This document shows, one piece after another, positions 19,331-29,807 of a DNA stretch of 64,000 bases (its first letter is position 1; the number at the start of each line of letters is the position of its first letter). The position numbers and the translations under genes were made by a program. The notes beneath the pieces are model-generated. The model was not told the origin of the DNA, made no database searches, and saw only the letters and a program-made list of their open reading frames with translations. The stretch comes from a virus (Duplodnaviria; Caudoviricetes), in IMG/VR virus record IMGVR_UViG_2687453683_000002, positions 56,235 through 120,234 of that record; one strand, written 5' to 3'.

Positions 19331-20737
19331 CTATTTCTCGTTGCCTATAAATTCGTCAAATGTTTCTTGGTTACAAAAGGCTACCTTCATATTTTGACGA
19401 TCATAATCTCTATAACGAATTATCCTATTTTGTACTTCAAATATAAAGTTATATTCAATGTGTAATTTACTCTCTGAGATTCTAATGTTCTTAATTAATT
19501 CTGAAATGAATTTACATACAAATTCGGTATCACTATAAATAAGTCTAGTTTTAATTTTTTCATTGAGAAATTTTTCACTTTCATCTGGGGTTTTCTCTAT
19601 TTCTTTATAGTATTGAATCTTCAAATGTTGCTTAAATTTATTATATTGAAAATCATTTAAATCTAAAAGATATTTTTCATAAGTTTCATAAATTCTGACA
19701 TTTTGGCTAATTAAACTATCAAAATCTCGCTCATTAGGCTTATATTCTCCCCTATCACTGTAAAGCCACTTCTTAAAATATGAGAAATTTCTAGCTAAAT
19801 CACTAATAATAACGTTGAACGCACTCCCGAATCCATACTCATATAAGTCAACTTTACGATCAGTCTTATCTAAAATTATATAAGTTATTAATGGATTTTT
19901 AATAAATGGCATTTCCATGCCCATAGTGGTTTGAAAAAAATAATCATGCGGGAGTTCAAAAATTTCTACTGCACGTAATAAGTGTTCAATTTTAGGAAAC
20001 CTTCTTCCTTCAAAATAATCATCAATAGCACTGATTTCAAAGCCCAATAAGATTCCTATTTCATACTTAGTATATCTTGATTGATGGAATCGATAAATGG
20101 TGTTCAACTTATCAGCAAATTTAGAAACAGTAAACTGGAATTCACCTCTGTAGAACTCATCTTCCTCTTTAAACATAAAGCATTCTGATTTTTTATCTTT
20201 TAAGAACTGTATATCCTCAGTTTTTAGATTGTATTTTCCTATAAGGCTAACTTTGTGAATCAACATATTAATATCATCAATGTTAGCTTTTATAGAGCTA
20301 GCATTTCGACGGAAATAAATGGTATATTCACTTATAATTGCTTTACCTTTTTCGTTAAATAAGTTTATTGGTGATACCATTACTTTGTCAGAATCATGTA
20401 CATACAATAAACCTACAACCTTTTCGCCCTCATCATGAATACTATAATAGTTCAAGTCAAATATAATTTGTTCACCTAACACACTTATAATTTTTTCACC
20501 TAGTGATGTAGGATCAATTTTTTTATCTACTCCTACAATTCCAGAATTATCATCAACACCTAGTACTAGCCAGCCACCTCCACTATTTGAGAAGGCTAAT
20601 ATATCTTTCAGCATATTTGCAAACGCAATATTAGGACTTATATGTATGTCTCTTTTGTAATCCCATTTATTATTCTCTGTTCCTAATCCAACCAACTCAA
20701 AAAATTTATCTTGAGAATTATACATGCTATCACTCAT
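19331..20737 (-). CDS. Schlafen/AlbA_2-domain protein with a central HTH-like region; candidate defence protein
   Basis: ENNKWDYK...KDILAFSNSGGGWLVLGVDD...YFRRNASS is the AlbA_2 signature; very AT-rich. Confidence 0.75.
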   Translation of the reverse strand: MSDSMYNSQDKFFELVGLGTENNKWDYKRDIHISPNIAFANMLKDILAFSNSGGGWLVLGVDDNSGIVGVDKKIDPTSLGEKIISVLGEQIIFDLNYYSIHDEGEKVVGLLYVHDSDKVMVSPINLFNEKGKAIISEYTIYFRRNASSIKANIDDINMLIHKVSLIGKYNLKTEDIQFLKDKKSECFMFKEEDEFYRGEFQFTVSKFADKLNTIYRFHQSRYTKYEIGILLGFEISAIDDYFEGRRFPKIEHLLRAVEIFELPHDYFFQTTMGMEMPFIKNPLITYIILDKTDRKVDLYEYGFGSAFNVIISDLARNFSYFKKWLYSDRGEYKPNERDFDSLISQNVRIYETYEKYLLDLNDFQYNKFKQHLKIQYYKEIEKTPDESEKFLNEKIKTRLIYSDTEFVCKFISELIKNIRISESKLHIEYNFIFEVQNRIIRYRDYDRQNMKVAFCNQETFDEFIGNEK

Positions 20738-20787
20738 CCTATAGATATAGTTTTCTTTATTAATAATTGTTTACAATTTACCCCTGT

Positions 20788-21360
20788 CTACTCAATAGCT
20801 AAAGAGAAAAAAGGATTAGGCGTATTAGCATGAAAATCTAATATGTACCCCTTACTATTCATCATCTCATTCAAAATTTTAAATGTATCGGTATTAATCA
20901 CTATAAACTCGGTTGTTTCAGCTAAACTAGGTCTTGATCTACCATCTCTCGATATATATTCAGAATAGGAGATATTTAATCTCCCGTACAAATCTAACCT
21001 TTGTGGTGTGGTCATATAGATTCTTGAATATCTAATAGCAGATTGACATCGTTCTTGTTGAGTACGACTCCACCAAAACTTTTCAAAATACTCAGATATC
21101 TCATGTTCATGTTCACTAAAAATACTAATTATACTCCAATCTTTTCTCAAGTAACAATCAGCAATATTGACCTTATCACTGTATCGCTCTCTTCTTTCCT
21201 GAAGTATTTGTTTTAACTTCGGTTCTTCACTTTTATTCTTTAACTTTTCAGTTAAAGAAGGTCGATGAGAGTTTCTTTTATTTTTATCATATGCTCTTAC
21301 AAGCTCTCTTGCTGTCGACCTAGCTAATGCCCTTGTTAAAATATCGATTAATTTTGCCAA
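20788..21360 (-). CDS. Hypothetical protein
   Basis: 190-aa ORF, GGAGG RBS, TTG start, AT-rich. Confidence 0.6.
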   Translation of the reverse strand: MAKLIDILTRALARSTARELVRAYDKNKRNSHRPSLTEKLKNKSEEPKLKQILQERRERYSDKVNIADCYLRKDWSIISIFSEHEHEISEYFEKFWWSRTQQERCQSAIRYSRIYMTTPQRLDLYGRLNISYSEYISRDGRSRPSLAETTEFIVINTDTFKILNEMMNSKGYILDFHANTPNPFFSLAIE

Positions 21361-22113
21361 ATTTATTCCTCCATGAATATATATTCTACACTTACGATAC
21401 CTGTTAAACCACTACTTAGTTTCACCCCCTCGTTCCACATTGATTTCAAATCCTCTGTAGCCGTTTCATTGGCTACCTCAAGATCTTTTATCGTATCAAT
21501 TGCCATAATTGTTGGCAAGGCGCACGATAACTTTTACCTTTTGTGTATGCCCCGTTGGATTATTATCCGCTTGGTGGTGTAAGGATACCCATGATTCTGT
21601 TCTCACCAGATGTGGTTGCTTCAAATTGGGAACTAGCTACATCCCATCCCACAAAAGTGCTAGTCGATGCATCATTACTGAGAATAGCTCCTGTAGTTGT
21701 TAGTAGTTCTAGGTCTACTGTAACTAATTCTTTTTGTATTATTCGAGAGATTTTGATCAATTCCTGTGTTTATCCTTTTTAAAAATTACCGTGCCTCATG
21801 AAAGTTTTTGTCCCAAAACACAGAAGCGCTCTAGTCCTCATTATTTCAAATTATTGCCGCTGTTCGGATGTAATGATGACAGGCTAGTTGGTTCATGGGC
21901 TTATGTTCTTGTCCCTCGACACCTTCTTTACCTATTCTAATGAAGAAACTCAATTTGGATATTCATCAAAGACCATCAAAATTATAGGATCGTAGTAGTT
22001 TTTCTTCACCCCAACAACACAAATTTTATAAACGAAAATCCGCAGTTTATATATCATCAGTTATTCGCAGCTATAACCTCAGATAATGAAATCCAACAGT
22101 AATCCTCATCGCC

Positions 22114-22284
22114 TCAGGAACGTTGCTTTGTTACGTTAACAGTATTCAATTCGTTTGAGGTGAAGAGATGAAAGATGTTATAGCCGTGATTAACACTCAT
22201 TGCCTGAAGATACGCCTTACGATGTTCTGGAAGAATTACTCGAGATCCCTCGAAAACTCCGTTCCCCGTCAATTCGCTTGTCAC
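22114..22284 (-). pseudogene. YolD-like protein, truncated
   Basis: N-terminus TSELTGNGVFEGSRVILPEHRKAY matches the YolD-like family start; the remainder is lost. Confidence 0.6.
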
Positions 22285-22297
22285 AATTCGTTTCTTC

Positions 22298-22591
22298 TCA
22301 ATATTGTGTCCAGTAATCCGTGTTCGCAGGTTTAAGCGTCGATTGTACCTTGGGAAGTTGTGGTTTCTCAGATTCGCGCTCCCAACCCTCAAGAATGGCG
22401 ATGTTAGATGTGTCTGACTTGTCATCCCAATATATGTATTCGGCGGCAATAAGGGCGTCTAAAGCAGCCATGACATCTGGATTAAGCTTCCCTGTCTTAA
22501 CCGTTAGCTCGTGAATTGTGGGAAACCTGCGCCGCCCACCTTTGTAGTTGTACAAGATCCGTAAGACCTTTCTTTGGAAATCCGTTAGCAA
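22298..22591 (-). CDS. Small winged-helix protein (LexA-DBD-like) of an SOS-type module
   Basis: LTDFQRKVLRIL...PTIHEL pattern; TTG start behind GAGGTGA. Confidence 0.6.
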   Translation of the reverse strand: MLTDFQRKVLRILYNYKGGRRRFPTIHELTVKTGKLNPDVMAALDALIAAEYIYWDDKSDTSNIAILEGWERESEKPQLPKVQSTLKPANTDYWTQY

Positions 22592-22609
22592 GTTAATCAC
22601 CTCGTCAAT

Positions 22610-22630
22610 ATTATACGGGAACGTAAGTTC
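22610..22630 (-). promoter_or_regulatory. LexA (Cheo) box within a sigma-A promoter
   Basis: GAAC-GTAA-GTTC at 22619-22630 next to TATAAT (22615-22610) upstream of the wHTH/YolD pair. Confidence 0.75.
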
Positions 22631-22844
22631 TTTTATCGACAACAAAAATACCCAGTCGCACAGACTAGGTACATTTATAAGGAATCTCATGGAGAGAGAG
22701 TTATATCATCATTCCCAATAAGGACAAGTTTCTTCTTCTACATAAACAATAAGTTCACCTGGCGTCACTACACGCTTTTAGAGCATCAGGTGAAGGAGTA
22801 TTTTAAGGAGTTGCCGAAGTAAACAAAACGGAGGTAATTAAATA

Positions 22845-23292
22845 ATGAAAAAGTTATTTTTAGCTATTATCGTATTTGGGATTATGTTTGCTGTAGTTTA
22901 TTTCAACCAAGAGCCTAAATGATTATCAGAAGAAGCCTGTCAAAGAAAGCACCCCAGCAGCAACTGGGCAAGTTGTAGAACTGCTCTTCCCCGCTGATCG
23001 TTATCCAGAAACAGCCAAGCACATTCAGGACGCCATAGACAGCGGTCATGCAGCAACATGCACCATTGATAGAAGTGGCGCTGATGAAAACCGCAAATTG
23101 TCCCTGAGAGGTGTAGAAACAAAAAAAGGATACGATCGTGATGAATGGCCTATGGCAATGTGTGCAGAGGGTGGAGAAGGAGCCGATATTGAATACATAA
23201 GTCCATCGGATAACCGAGGCGCTGGCAGTTGGGAAGGAAATCAGTTGGAGGAATATCCGGATGGTACATTAGTGGAGTTTATATTTGAGTGA
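22845..23292 (+). pseudogene. NucA/NucB-family secreted nuclease, frameshifted after the signal peptide
   Basis: [17 protein letters not shown]...[14 protein letters not shown]...SDNRGAG; the signal-peptide frame (ATG 22845) stops at ~22920 and the catalytic part is in another frame. Confidence 0.8.
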
Positions 23293-23300
23293 GGAGATAA

Positions 23301-23657
23301 ATGTTTATGAGTAAGAAGCTTAACGAAATTAGTGACTACATTGGCGTGTTTTGTTTGGGTACATTAACTTTATCATTTTTTGTATTATCAATCATATTTA
23401 TTATCAAGGCGTTCATCAATATTTATAAAAGATTGAAAGGTGTAAGAGTAAATAAAATGGTCCCTTGCACATCATGTAGACGTTCGATTTCAAACACTGC
23501 CATTATTTGCCCATACTGTGGTGAACATTATGGTAAAATGAATGGATTAGGCGATTCAATATTTATCTGTTTTCTTTTTGCCATAGGTCTTTTCGTGATA
23601 GGAATTGTAAGTCTAACAAAGTCTGTTGAATGGTTTGAACAAACTTATATGAAGTGA
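23301..23657 (+). CDS. Two-TM membrane protein with zinc ribbon
   Basis: TM-CxxC-x10-CPxCG-TM; paralog at 26400. Confidence 0.7.
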   Translation: MFMSKKLNEISDYIGVFCLGTLTLSFFVLSIIFIIKAFINIYKRLKGVRVNKMVPCTSCRRSISNTAIICPYCGEHYGKMNGLGDSIFICFLFAIGLFVIGIVSLTKSVEWFEQTYMK

Positions 23658-23719
23658 TCTCCATAACTTACCGCCTCAATCCTTATGGCAAAACGCTATA
23701 ATTGGATTGAGGTGTTTTT

Positions 23720-24577
23720 ATGTTCATTAGTCCTATGTTACTTGAAACAGCACCAGGTCCCTTCTCACATTCAGCATTCATTTTTGAACCTAAAGTAGAT
23801 GGGCACCGGTTGATATATTCGCAAGAGTCCGGCAATGTCCGGTTATACACACGTCACAATAATGAATGTACTCGTCAGTACCCGGAATTGCTTCTGCCGT
23901 TTGACTCTGATATTATCCTAGACGGCGAGGTAGCTTGCACTGATCCCGAAACCGGACTAAATGACTTCGAGGCTGTGATGAGCCGATTTAGCACACGTCA
24001 GCACTCCAAGGTACAGCAGCTTATCAAAACACTGCCTGCCACGTTCACCATATTTGATATTCTTTTCTACCAAGGACGGGATCTACGTAAGCTACCTCTT
24101 ATGGAACGCAAGATGATCCTACACAGTCTATCTCTTCCTTCCTCTAACTTTGGAATTGTTCCACATATAGAAGGCGCTGGAGAGGACTTGTACGCCCAAA
24201 TAGAGTCTATGGGCATGGAAGGTGTAGTTGGGAAGCGCAAGGACAGCCAGTACGTCAGCAGACGGTCCAAGAACTGGATGAAGATCATTAACTGGTCTTA
24301 CGCGAATGTATTCATTACCGGGTATCGCAAGGCTGAATTTGGATGGCTTGTGGCTGTTCGCGATCCGTCTGGAAAGCTCCGACCAGCAGGGATAATAGAA
24401 CATGGCCCGAGCCCAAAACATAAGCAGGCATTTCGTGGTGTATGCAAGCAGCTCGTAACGGGCCAGGACAAGGATTATGTGTACCTGGAACCAAAGATAC
24501 AAGCTCGCGTCAAGATGCGTAACTGGACCAAATCAGGCTTGTTGCGTATACCCGTGTTTGATCAATTTATTGTGTGA
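23720..24577 (+). CDS. ATP-dependent DNA ligase (LigD ligase-domain / SPbeta LigB-like)
   Basis: EPKVDGHR, LDGEV, FDIL, EGVVGK, WMKI, LRIPVF motifs. Confidence 0.9.
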   Translation: MFISPMLLETAPGPFSHSAFIFEPKVDGHRLIYSQESGNVRLYTRHNNECTRQYPELLLPFDSDIILDGEVACTDPETGLNDFEAVMSRFSTRQHSKVQQLIKTLPATFTIFDILFYQGRDLRKLPLMERKMILHSLSLPSSNFGIVPHIEGAGEDLYAQIESMGMEGVVGKRKDSQYVSRRSKNWMKIINWSYANVFITGYRKAEFGWLVAVRDPSGKLRPAGIIEHGPSPKHKQAFRGVCKQLVTGQDKDYVYLEPKIQARVKMRNWTKSGLLRIPVFDQFIV

Positions 24578-24631
24578 GCTAATGCAAAAAAAAGCTTCGC
24601 AATTCAATGCGGAGCCTTTTGTATTGACTGT

Positions 24632-25384
24632 TTAGTATTCGCTCACTTCAAATGTAAGAACTCGATCAAACAGGATATAGTCCTTGCGACTTTTGAACGG
24701 GCCTTTGTTGTTGTCATGTTTGTCAATAGCGTAAGATGCCTTTCCGCTTCCAGCTTGTTTTGTTTCATACCAGTCAATAAAGCTGTTAACTTCTTGCATA
24801 CTTAGGTCGAATTCTTTTTCAAGACCTGTGGTCATTGTGACTACCATGATGGCTCTGTTGCCAGATGGTTGCTCTGGTTGTGGTTCAGGTGTATATGCGT
24901 TAAATTCAAAAACCTTCAATGTTGAATTGGCGTTTGTGTTAACTAGGCTGATTTTACTTACACCATCTGCAGGCACTGGTAATGTCACTAAAGAGCCATC
25001 GGTAGTACTTACTTGAAAATATGTAACGTAATTTCCTTGACTATCTAAGAGCTCGATTACAATATTAGTACTTTTATCTGCCTTCAAACGGTAAGATACA
25101 ACGGTCTGAGGAGAATCAAAATCATAATAAATATGATCCAAGGTTCCTGTGGGACCCGGAGTACTTTTATCAACAAGAAAAGACGTATTCTCATTATTAT
25201 CAGTTGCTTCCGTACCTATTAAACTTCCTCCAGTGAATCCACCGCTATTATAAAGTTGCTTGCCATCAAGCAACCCACCACTGTAATCCACAGCAGCTTT
25301 CACGCTTGCATTTGGAACTACACTTAAAGCTAAAATAAATGCCCCAATCATTAAAACGATTTTCTTAAAAAACGTTGTTTTCAC
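24632..25384 (-). CDS. Secreted protein with a galactose-binding-like domain and a conserved C-terminal module
   Basis: Signal peptide ending VKA; EATDNNENT...FEFNAY discoidin-like segment; PEPQPEQP linker; GTG start at 25384. Confidence 0.6.
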   Translation of the reverse strand: MKTTFFKKIVLMIGAFILALSVVPNASVKAAVDYSGGLLDGKQLYNSGGFTGGSLIGTEATDNNENTSFLVDKSTPGPTGTLDHIYYDFDSPQTVVSYRLKADKSTNIVIELLDSQGNYVTYFQVSTTDGSLVTLPVPADGVSKISLVNTNANSTLKVFEFNAYTPEPQPEQPSGNRAIMVVTMTTGLEKEFDLSMQEVNSFIDWYETKQAGSGKASYAIDKHDNNKGPFKSRKDYILFDRVLTFEVSEY

Positions 25385-25599
25385 ATGAATCCCCCTAAGA
25401 TTATTATGTACATTCCCTACTTCTATTGTAGAATGAAGTTTATCCAAACGTCTAAACATAAACTTGCTGATCTATAAATATCATCTAATTTATTGCATAT
25501 TTATTTTTATTTGGATATGCACCCCCACATATTACCCGTTTCTATCTTTAAAGATTTGAGTTAAATTACATATAATAGCGTCTTTAAGGAGGCTTCGAT

Positions 25600-26271
25600 A
25601 TGTGCGGAAGATTCACGATTACAGATCCAATTGAAGAAATTATGGAGAGATACTATGCTTCTATAGCTGATGGATTCGAATACAAACCTAATTACAACGC
25701 TGCACCCATGCAATACATTCCGTCGATTATCGGGAGCAAAAACGGCAATGGACTGGGCTCACTCCGATGGGGTTTGGTACCCGTATGGGCCAAGGATGAC
25801 AAGATTGGTAATAAGATGATTAATGCTCGGGCAGAAACGATCGCGGAAAAGCCAGCTTTTAAACGTCTGATCAGTTCCAAGCGCTGTATTATCCCGTGTA
25901 GTGGTTTTTATGAGTGGAAAAAGGAAGGATCCAACAAGCAGCCGATGCGAATACTCATGAAGGATGATAGCATCTTTTCTCTAGCTGGCCTATATGACAC
26001 CTGGACAGACCCAGACGGGAATAAGCTCAGTACTTGCACCATCATTACTACTGAACCAAACAGTCTGATGGAAGACATCCATAATCGTATGCCGGTCATC
26101 TTGCGCCCTGAGGATGAGGAAGAATGGCTTGGAAGAGATAATGAAGATTTGCAGTCGCTGCTTGGATTGCTCAAGCCATATCAAGCGTCAGAGATGAGAG
26201 CTTACGAGGTGCCGAAGGAAGTCGGTAATGTGAGGAATAACAGTGTGGAACTATTGAAAAAAGTTAATTAG
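25600..26271 (+). CDS. SOS response-associated peptidase (SRAP/YedK/YoqW), abasic-site protection
   Basis: MCGRF N-terminus, NARAET, GFYEW, HNRMPVIL. Confidence 0.95.
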   Translation: MCGRFTITDPIEEIMERYYASIADGFEYKPNYNAAPMQYIPSIIGSKNGNGLGSLRWGLVPVWAKDDKIGNKMINARAETIAEKPAFKRLISSKRCIIPCSGFYEWKKEGSNKQPMRILMKDDSIFSLAGLYDTWTDPDGNKLSTCTIITTEPNSLMEDIHNRMPVILRPEDEEEWLGRDNEDLQSLLGLLKPYQASEMRAYEVPKEVGNVRNNSVELLKKVN

Positions 26272-26399
26272 AGATTCGACTAGAGTGATACCTTAGTGGT
26301 AGTCACTCTTTTTTTACTGTTCATAATACAGAAATATATGGAAATAGACGAATAACTTTGATAACATAAGTGGATTGATTACATAGATGGAGGAACAAA

Positions 26400-26729
26400 A
26401 TGTTTGATAATATGGCATCTTACTCACTTCTGGGTATTGCCGGTCTCATCACTACTTGTTTGTTTATATTTGGTATAGCCTGTTTAATAGCATTTTTTAT
26501 CAATATCTTTAGATTGATCAAAGGTCGATTTAACCGAAAGTTAGAACAATGCCAATCGTGTGGTAATACTATCTCAATATCAGCTATCATTTGCCCTAAT
26601 TGCGGCCACCACTATGGTAGATCTAATGGAGTTTTCAATTCAATTTTCGGGTCATTCGTTGGTTTCGTAATTTGCATTGGCGGTGGATTCATAGCATTAG
26701 CTGAACTTATGAAGATGATAAATAATTAG
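26400..26729 (+). CDS. Two-TM membrane protein with zinc ribbon
   Basis: CQSC...AIICPNCGHHYG; paralog of 23301-23657. Confidence 0.7.
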   Translation: MFDNMASYSLLGIAGLITTCLFIFGIACLIAFFINIFRLIKGRFNRKLEQCQSCGNTISISAIICPNCGHHYGRSNGVFNSIFGSFVGFVICIGGGFIALAELMKMINN

Positions 26730-27179
26730 GTGAGAAGGAGCCATAAAAGCCTCCTTTTTGGTACCTTAGATTCAAACACGTTAAAGAATTATTTACTGCC
26801 CATGATCTTAATTGATGCCTTTCTAATTTTAGAAAATTATACATAGGTCTGATAGACTATTCTGGGGTAAATTACATAGTTGGAGGGAATACATGGAAGA
26901 GAAAATAGGTATTATAATTACAGTCAGTTTTCATTCTAACAATGTTCTATTTGGCTACTCGTTTCTTTGGTAGAATGTTCGGAAATATAAGCTGTTTTTT
27001 GTCCTTATTGTGGTCAAACTTTCGGAAAAATCAATTCATTCTCTACCTCTATATTCGCCAACTTTTTTGCTGGAGTTGTAGCTCTTGCTGGAGGAATAGG
27101 ACTTTTATTTTATTTGTTAGACTTATTAAAGGATCAGTAATCTAGCTTTCAGCTACAAAGGAGCCATTAACCAAGGCTC

Positions 27180-27392
27180 CTATTTTTGTACCCTAAATTC
27201 AAATGTCTCACGAAAGTATCTCTTCCCCATGATCTTAATGGATACTGGGCTGTACTCCACCACCGGACCGCCATAGTCAATGATGTGCTCGTGATCATCC
27301 AGAACATGCCAGACGGATACGCGTACCTCAGTTAAGGCTGCTGTGAGGAAATCCATATCTGTAGATAATACTCTGTATGTATGATTCATCAA
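27180..27392 (-). CDS. Small conserved prophage-associated protein
   Basis: 70-aa ORF ending YFRETFEFRVQK; a decayed second copy lies at ~26755-26820. Confidence 0.6.
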   Translation of the reverse strand: MMNHTYRVLSTDMDFLTAALTEVRVSVWHVLDDHEHIIDYGGPVVEYSPVSIKIMGKRYFRETFEFRVQK

Positions 27393-27484
27393 ATCACCCT
27401 AATTGATAATTCAACTATCAAGTGGCGATACCTTCATCAAAAAAAAGAAGAACCCTGACAATATGTCCAGGATTCTTTAGTAAG

Positions 27485-28138
27485 TTACTTATAATGCGAA
27501 GTTGGCTGTACCACTAGTACTGTCTCTTTTTTAAAGTCGTCTGCCTCCATGTAAAGTTTAACTCCCTTATTACTAATACCAGTTACATTAATTTCTACAT
27601 TTTCTTGCTTACCCTCTTCTAAAAATAACGATTTGATATGCTCACCTGTATCTTCATCTTTCAATAATATTTGTCCAGATCCATCTACTAGTTTTAGATC
27701 AAGAACCAAGGTCTGATATTTATTATTAGGATAGAGCACGATATAACCTAAATTTTTAATTGTAACGACTTCTTTGTATTTATTCTCCGTATATTTCGAA
27801 TCTCTTGAAAGGCCAGCATATGTTGAAAAATAGTAAATTCTTTCTTTATCAAAAGGAGTTTTAGCAAGTTTTTCACCGAAACTCATTTTGCCTGATTTGG
27901 CGTCGACAGTTATGTTCGTCTTCGTTGCTTCTTTTGCTAGACTAACTGGTATGTACGTTTGTCCATTGATTACTACTGGTTGTGTTTTTGACTGCGGGGT
28001 CCAGTTGCTACCATTTAGAGCATACTTGAAATTACTAACCGTTGCCTGAACTGTTTTACTTTTTGATGCAGCAAATGCTCCCGTTCCTCCGACCACTAGA
28101 AATGCCAATAACAGTAATCCTGTTTTCTTAAATCTCAT
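27485..28138 (-). CDS. Secreted stalk-domain (copper amine oxidase N-terminal-like) protein
   Basis: Signal peptide ending AFA; PVVINGQTYIPV motif. Confidence 0.7.
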   Translation of the reverse strand: MRFKKTGLLLLAFLVVGGTGAFAASKSKTVQATVSNFKYALNGSNWTPQSKTQPVVINGQTYIPVSLAKEATKTNITVDAKSGKMSFGEKLAKTPFDKERIYYFSTYAGLSRDSKYTENKYKEVVTIKNLGYIVLYPNNKYQTLVLDLKLVDGSGQILLKDEDTGEHIKSLFLEEGKQENVEINVTGISNKGVKLYMEADDFKKETVLVVQPTSHYK

Positions 28139-28255
28139 TTTCTTCCTCCTCAGTACTATCTTGGTTTTGTACTACAATATTATCTCAAAACTTTCCTATA
28201 TAGTAAATAAGTATTATAATGATATAGATAAATTGACCCATATTCGGAGGTTATA

Positions 28256-28462
28256 ATGATTAAAGATCTTCTTTTGGCAGAAAATAAGGGATACTCAGTT
28301 TGCTTGGTTTTTGAAGATAATTCGAATTACATAGGAATCATTATGATGTCAACTGACAAAAAGAGGGTTAAGATTAAACATCAACATGGAGTTGAATGGA
28401 TTCCAGTTACAGATATAGTCAGCTGTTCAGTATCTATTCCATTTCAAAATACATCCGAGTAA
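28256..28462 (+). CDS. Small Sm/YolD-fold-like hypothetical protein
   Basis: 68 aa with GGAGG RBS; beta-rich EWIPVTDI ending. Confidence 0.5.
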   Translation: MIKDLLLAENKGYSVCLVFEDNSNYIGIIMMSTDKKRVKIKHQHGVEWIPVTDIVSCSVSIPFQNTSE

Positions 28463-28507
28463 AGTGACGATTTAATGATCGGATGTATTTTGATTATATT
28501 CACACGA

Positions 28508-28966
28508 TTATTCAAATCCATTTGTTAGAGATTTCATTTCATCAATTACTTGATAAAGTCTAATAATCGCTTTCTCATAAAGCTCTGCGATTGGTATTGC
28601 AATCGAACTGGCAACAAACAAAATTGCGAAGTTTACTATTATAGCTATTACGGTTATTGTTACCTTAACTTCAATAGAGTTTCCAAAATCTAACTTCAGT
28701 TGAAAATACTCTATTTTACTCATGAATATAATTGTATATATCGTTGCATACAAACTAACTGCTCGTGCAGTAAATACTACCAAATTGTTTACAGTCACCC
28801 CATCATTCATATAATAAATTAAAAAACCAATATCAAAAAACATCAACAATTTCCCCAGTATCGGTAAGTTGCCTAAAATACTACTTTCTAATAACCCCAC
28901 ACTTATTATTTGTAATAATATCGATCCTACAATACATACTAAAATCCAAACTAAAAATTTCGGCAT
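28508..28966 (-). CDS. Multi-pass membrane protein
   Basis: Four hydrophobic segments; GAGGAG RBS. Confidence 0.6.
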   Translation of the reverse strand: MPKFLVWILVCIVGSILLQIISVGLLESSILGNLPILGKLLMFFDIGFLIYYMNDGVTVNNLVVFTARAVSLYATIYTIIFMSKIEYFQLKLDFGNSIEVKVTITVIAIIVNFAILFVASSIAIPIAELYEKAIIRLYQVIDEMKSLTNGFE

Positions 28967-29081
28967 TTAACAATCTCTCCTCGTAAGTTCCCCATAAACC
29001 TACCTATCTCCCTAGATAAAAATACCTAGGTCTGATAGACTATTCATGTTGTTAATTATTACTATATCAGGAGGATGAAGA

Positions 29082-29789
29082 TTGAAAAAGCCTATTCAGA
29101 AAAAATGGTGGTTTTGGCTTATAGTTGTGATTATAGTGGGAGGTATCTTTGGAAACAAAGATGAGGAGAAAACTGAGAAAGAAGAAGTTGCGAAAACCGA
29201 AGTATCCACTCCTGCTGAAACCAAGCCGGGAACTGTTGTTGCTGAAAAATCTGCTAGTAAGACCCAGGATGTTAAGGTAGCCAAAGAGGACGTTCAGAAA
29301 CAAAAGGAAAAGATAGCAGAAATACCAGGAACTCTGGGAATGACTCCGGAAGAATTTCGTAAATCGTTCAATAAACGCGCAGATGTGCTTAATAACTCCA
29401 AACTGAAAATTGGCAAGAAATTAAACATTGAAACTGGACCAGCTCAAGATGTATTCCAGTATATGACCACAGATTACAAAGGCATAGCCGGATCAGTAAA
29501 CAAAGCAGACGGATCATTACGTGATGTAATGATGATAGGCCAAGGTAATGGTACTCTTTCATCTGGAACAGATCTTGTTTTAACTATTGGTTTAGTTATA
29601 CTCGCAACCAATCCAGACTTACCATCGAAAGCTGTTGGTAGTGTTCTTGATGATCTGGGTATCCTTAATGAAGGCGTGGATTGGACAACTGTAAACGAAT
29701 CAACAGAACTAAACGGAATTCGTTATAGCATAACTGGATCTGATGCTATTGGAATAATGTTCAGTGCTAGCGACGCAAATGATAAATAA
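29082..29789 (+). CDS. Membrane-anchored surface protein (prophage moron type)
   Basis: KKPIQKKWWFWLIVV anchor, charged linker, globular C-terminal domain. Confidence 0.7.
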   Translation: MKKPIQKKWWFWLIVVIIVGGIFGNKDEEKTEKEEVAKTEVSTPAETKPGTVVAEKSASKTQDVKVAKEDVQKQKEKIAEIPGTLGMTPEEFRKSFNKRADVLNNSKLKIGKKLNIETGPAQDVFQYMTTDYKGIAGSVNKADGSLRDVMMIGQGNGTLSSGTDLVLTIGLVILATNPDLPSKAVGSVLDDLGILNEGVDWTTVNESTELNGIRYSITGSDAIGIMFSASDANDK

Positions 29790-29807
29790 ATACGAAGGAG
29801 AAGCATC

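Noticed and set aside
21373-21790. Short overlapping ORFs with an Ig-like flavour
   Set aside because: Broken frames with no start context; at most a decayed surface-protein fragment.
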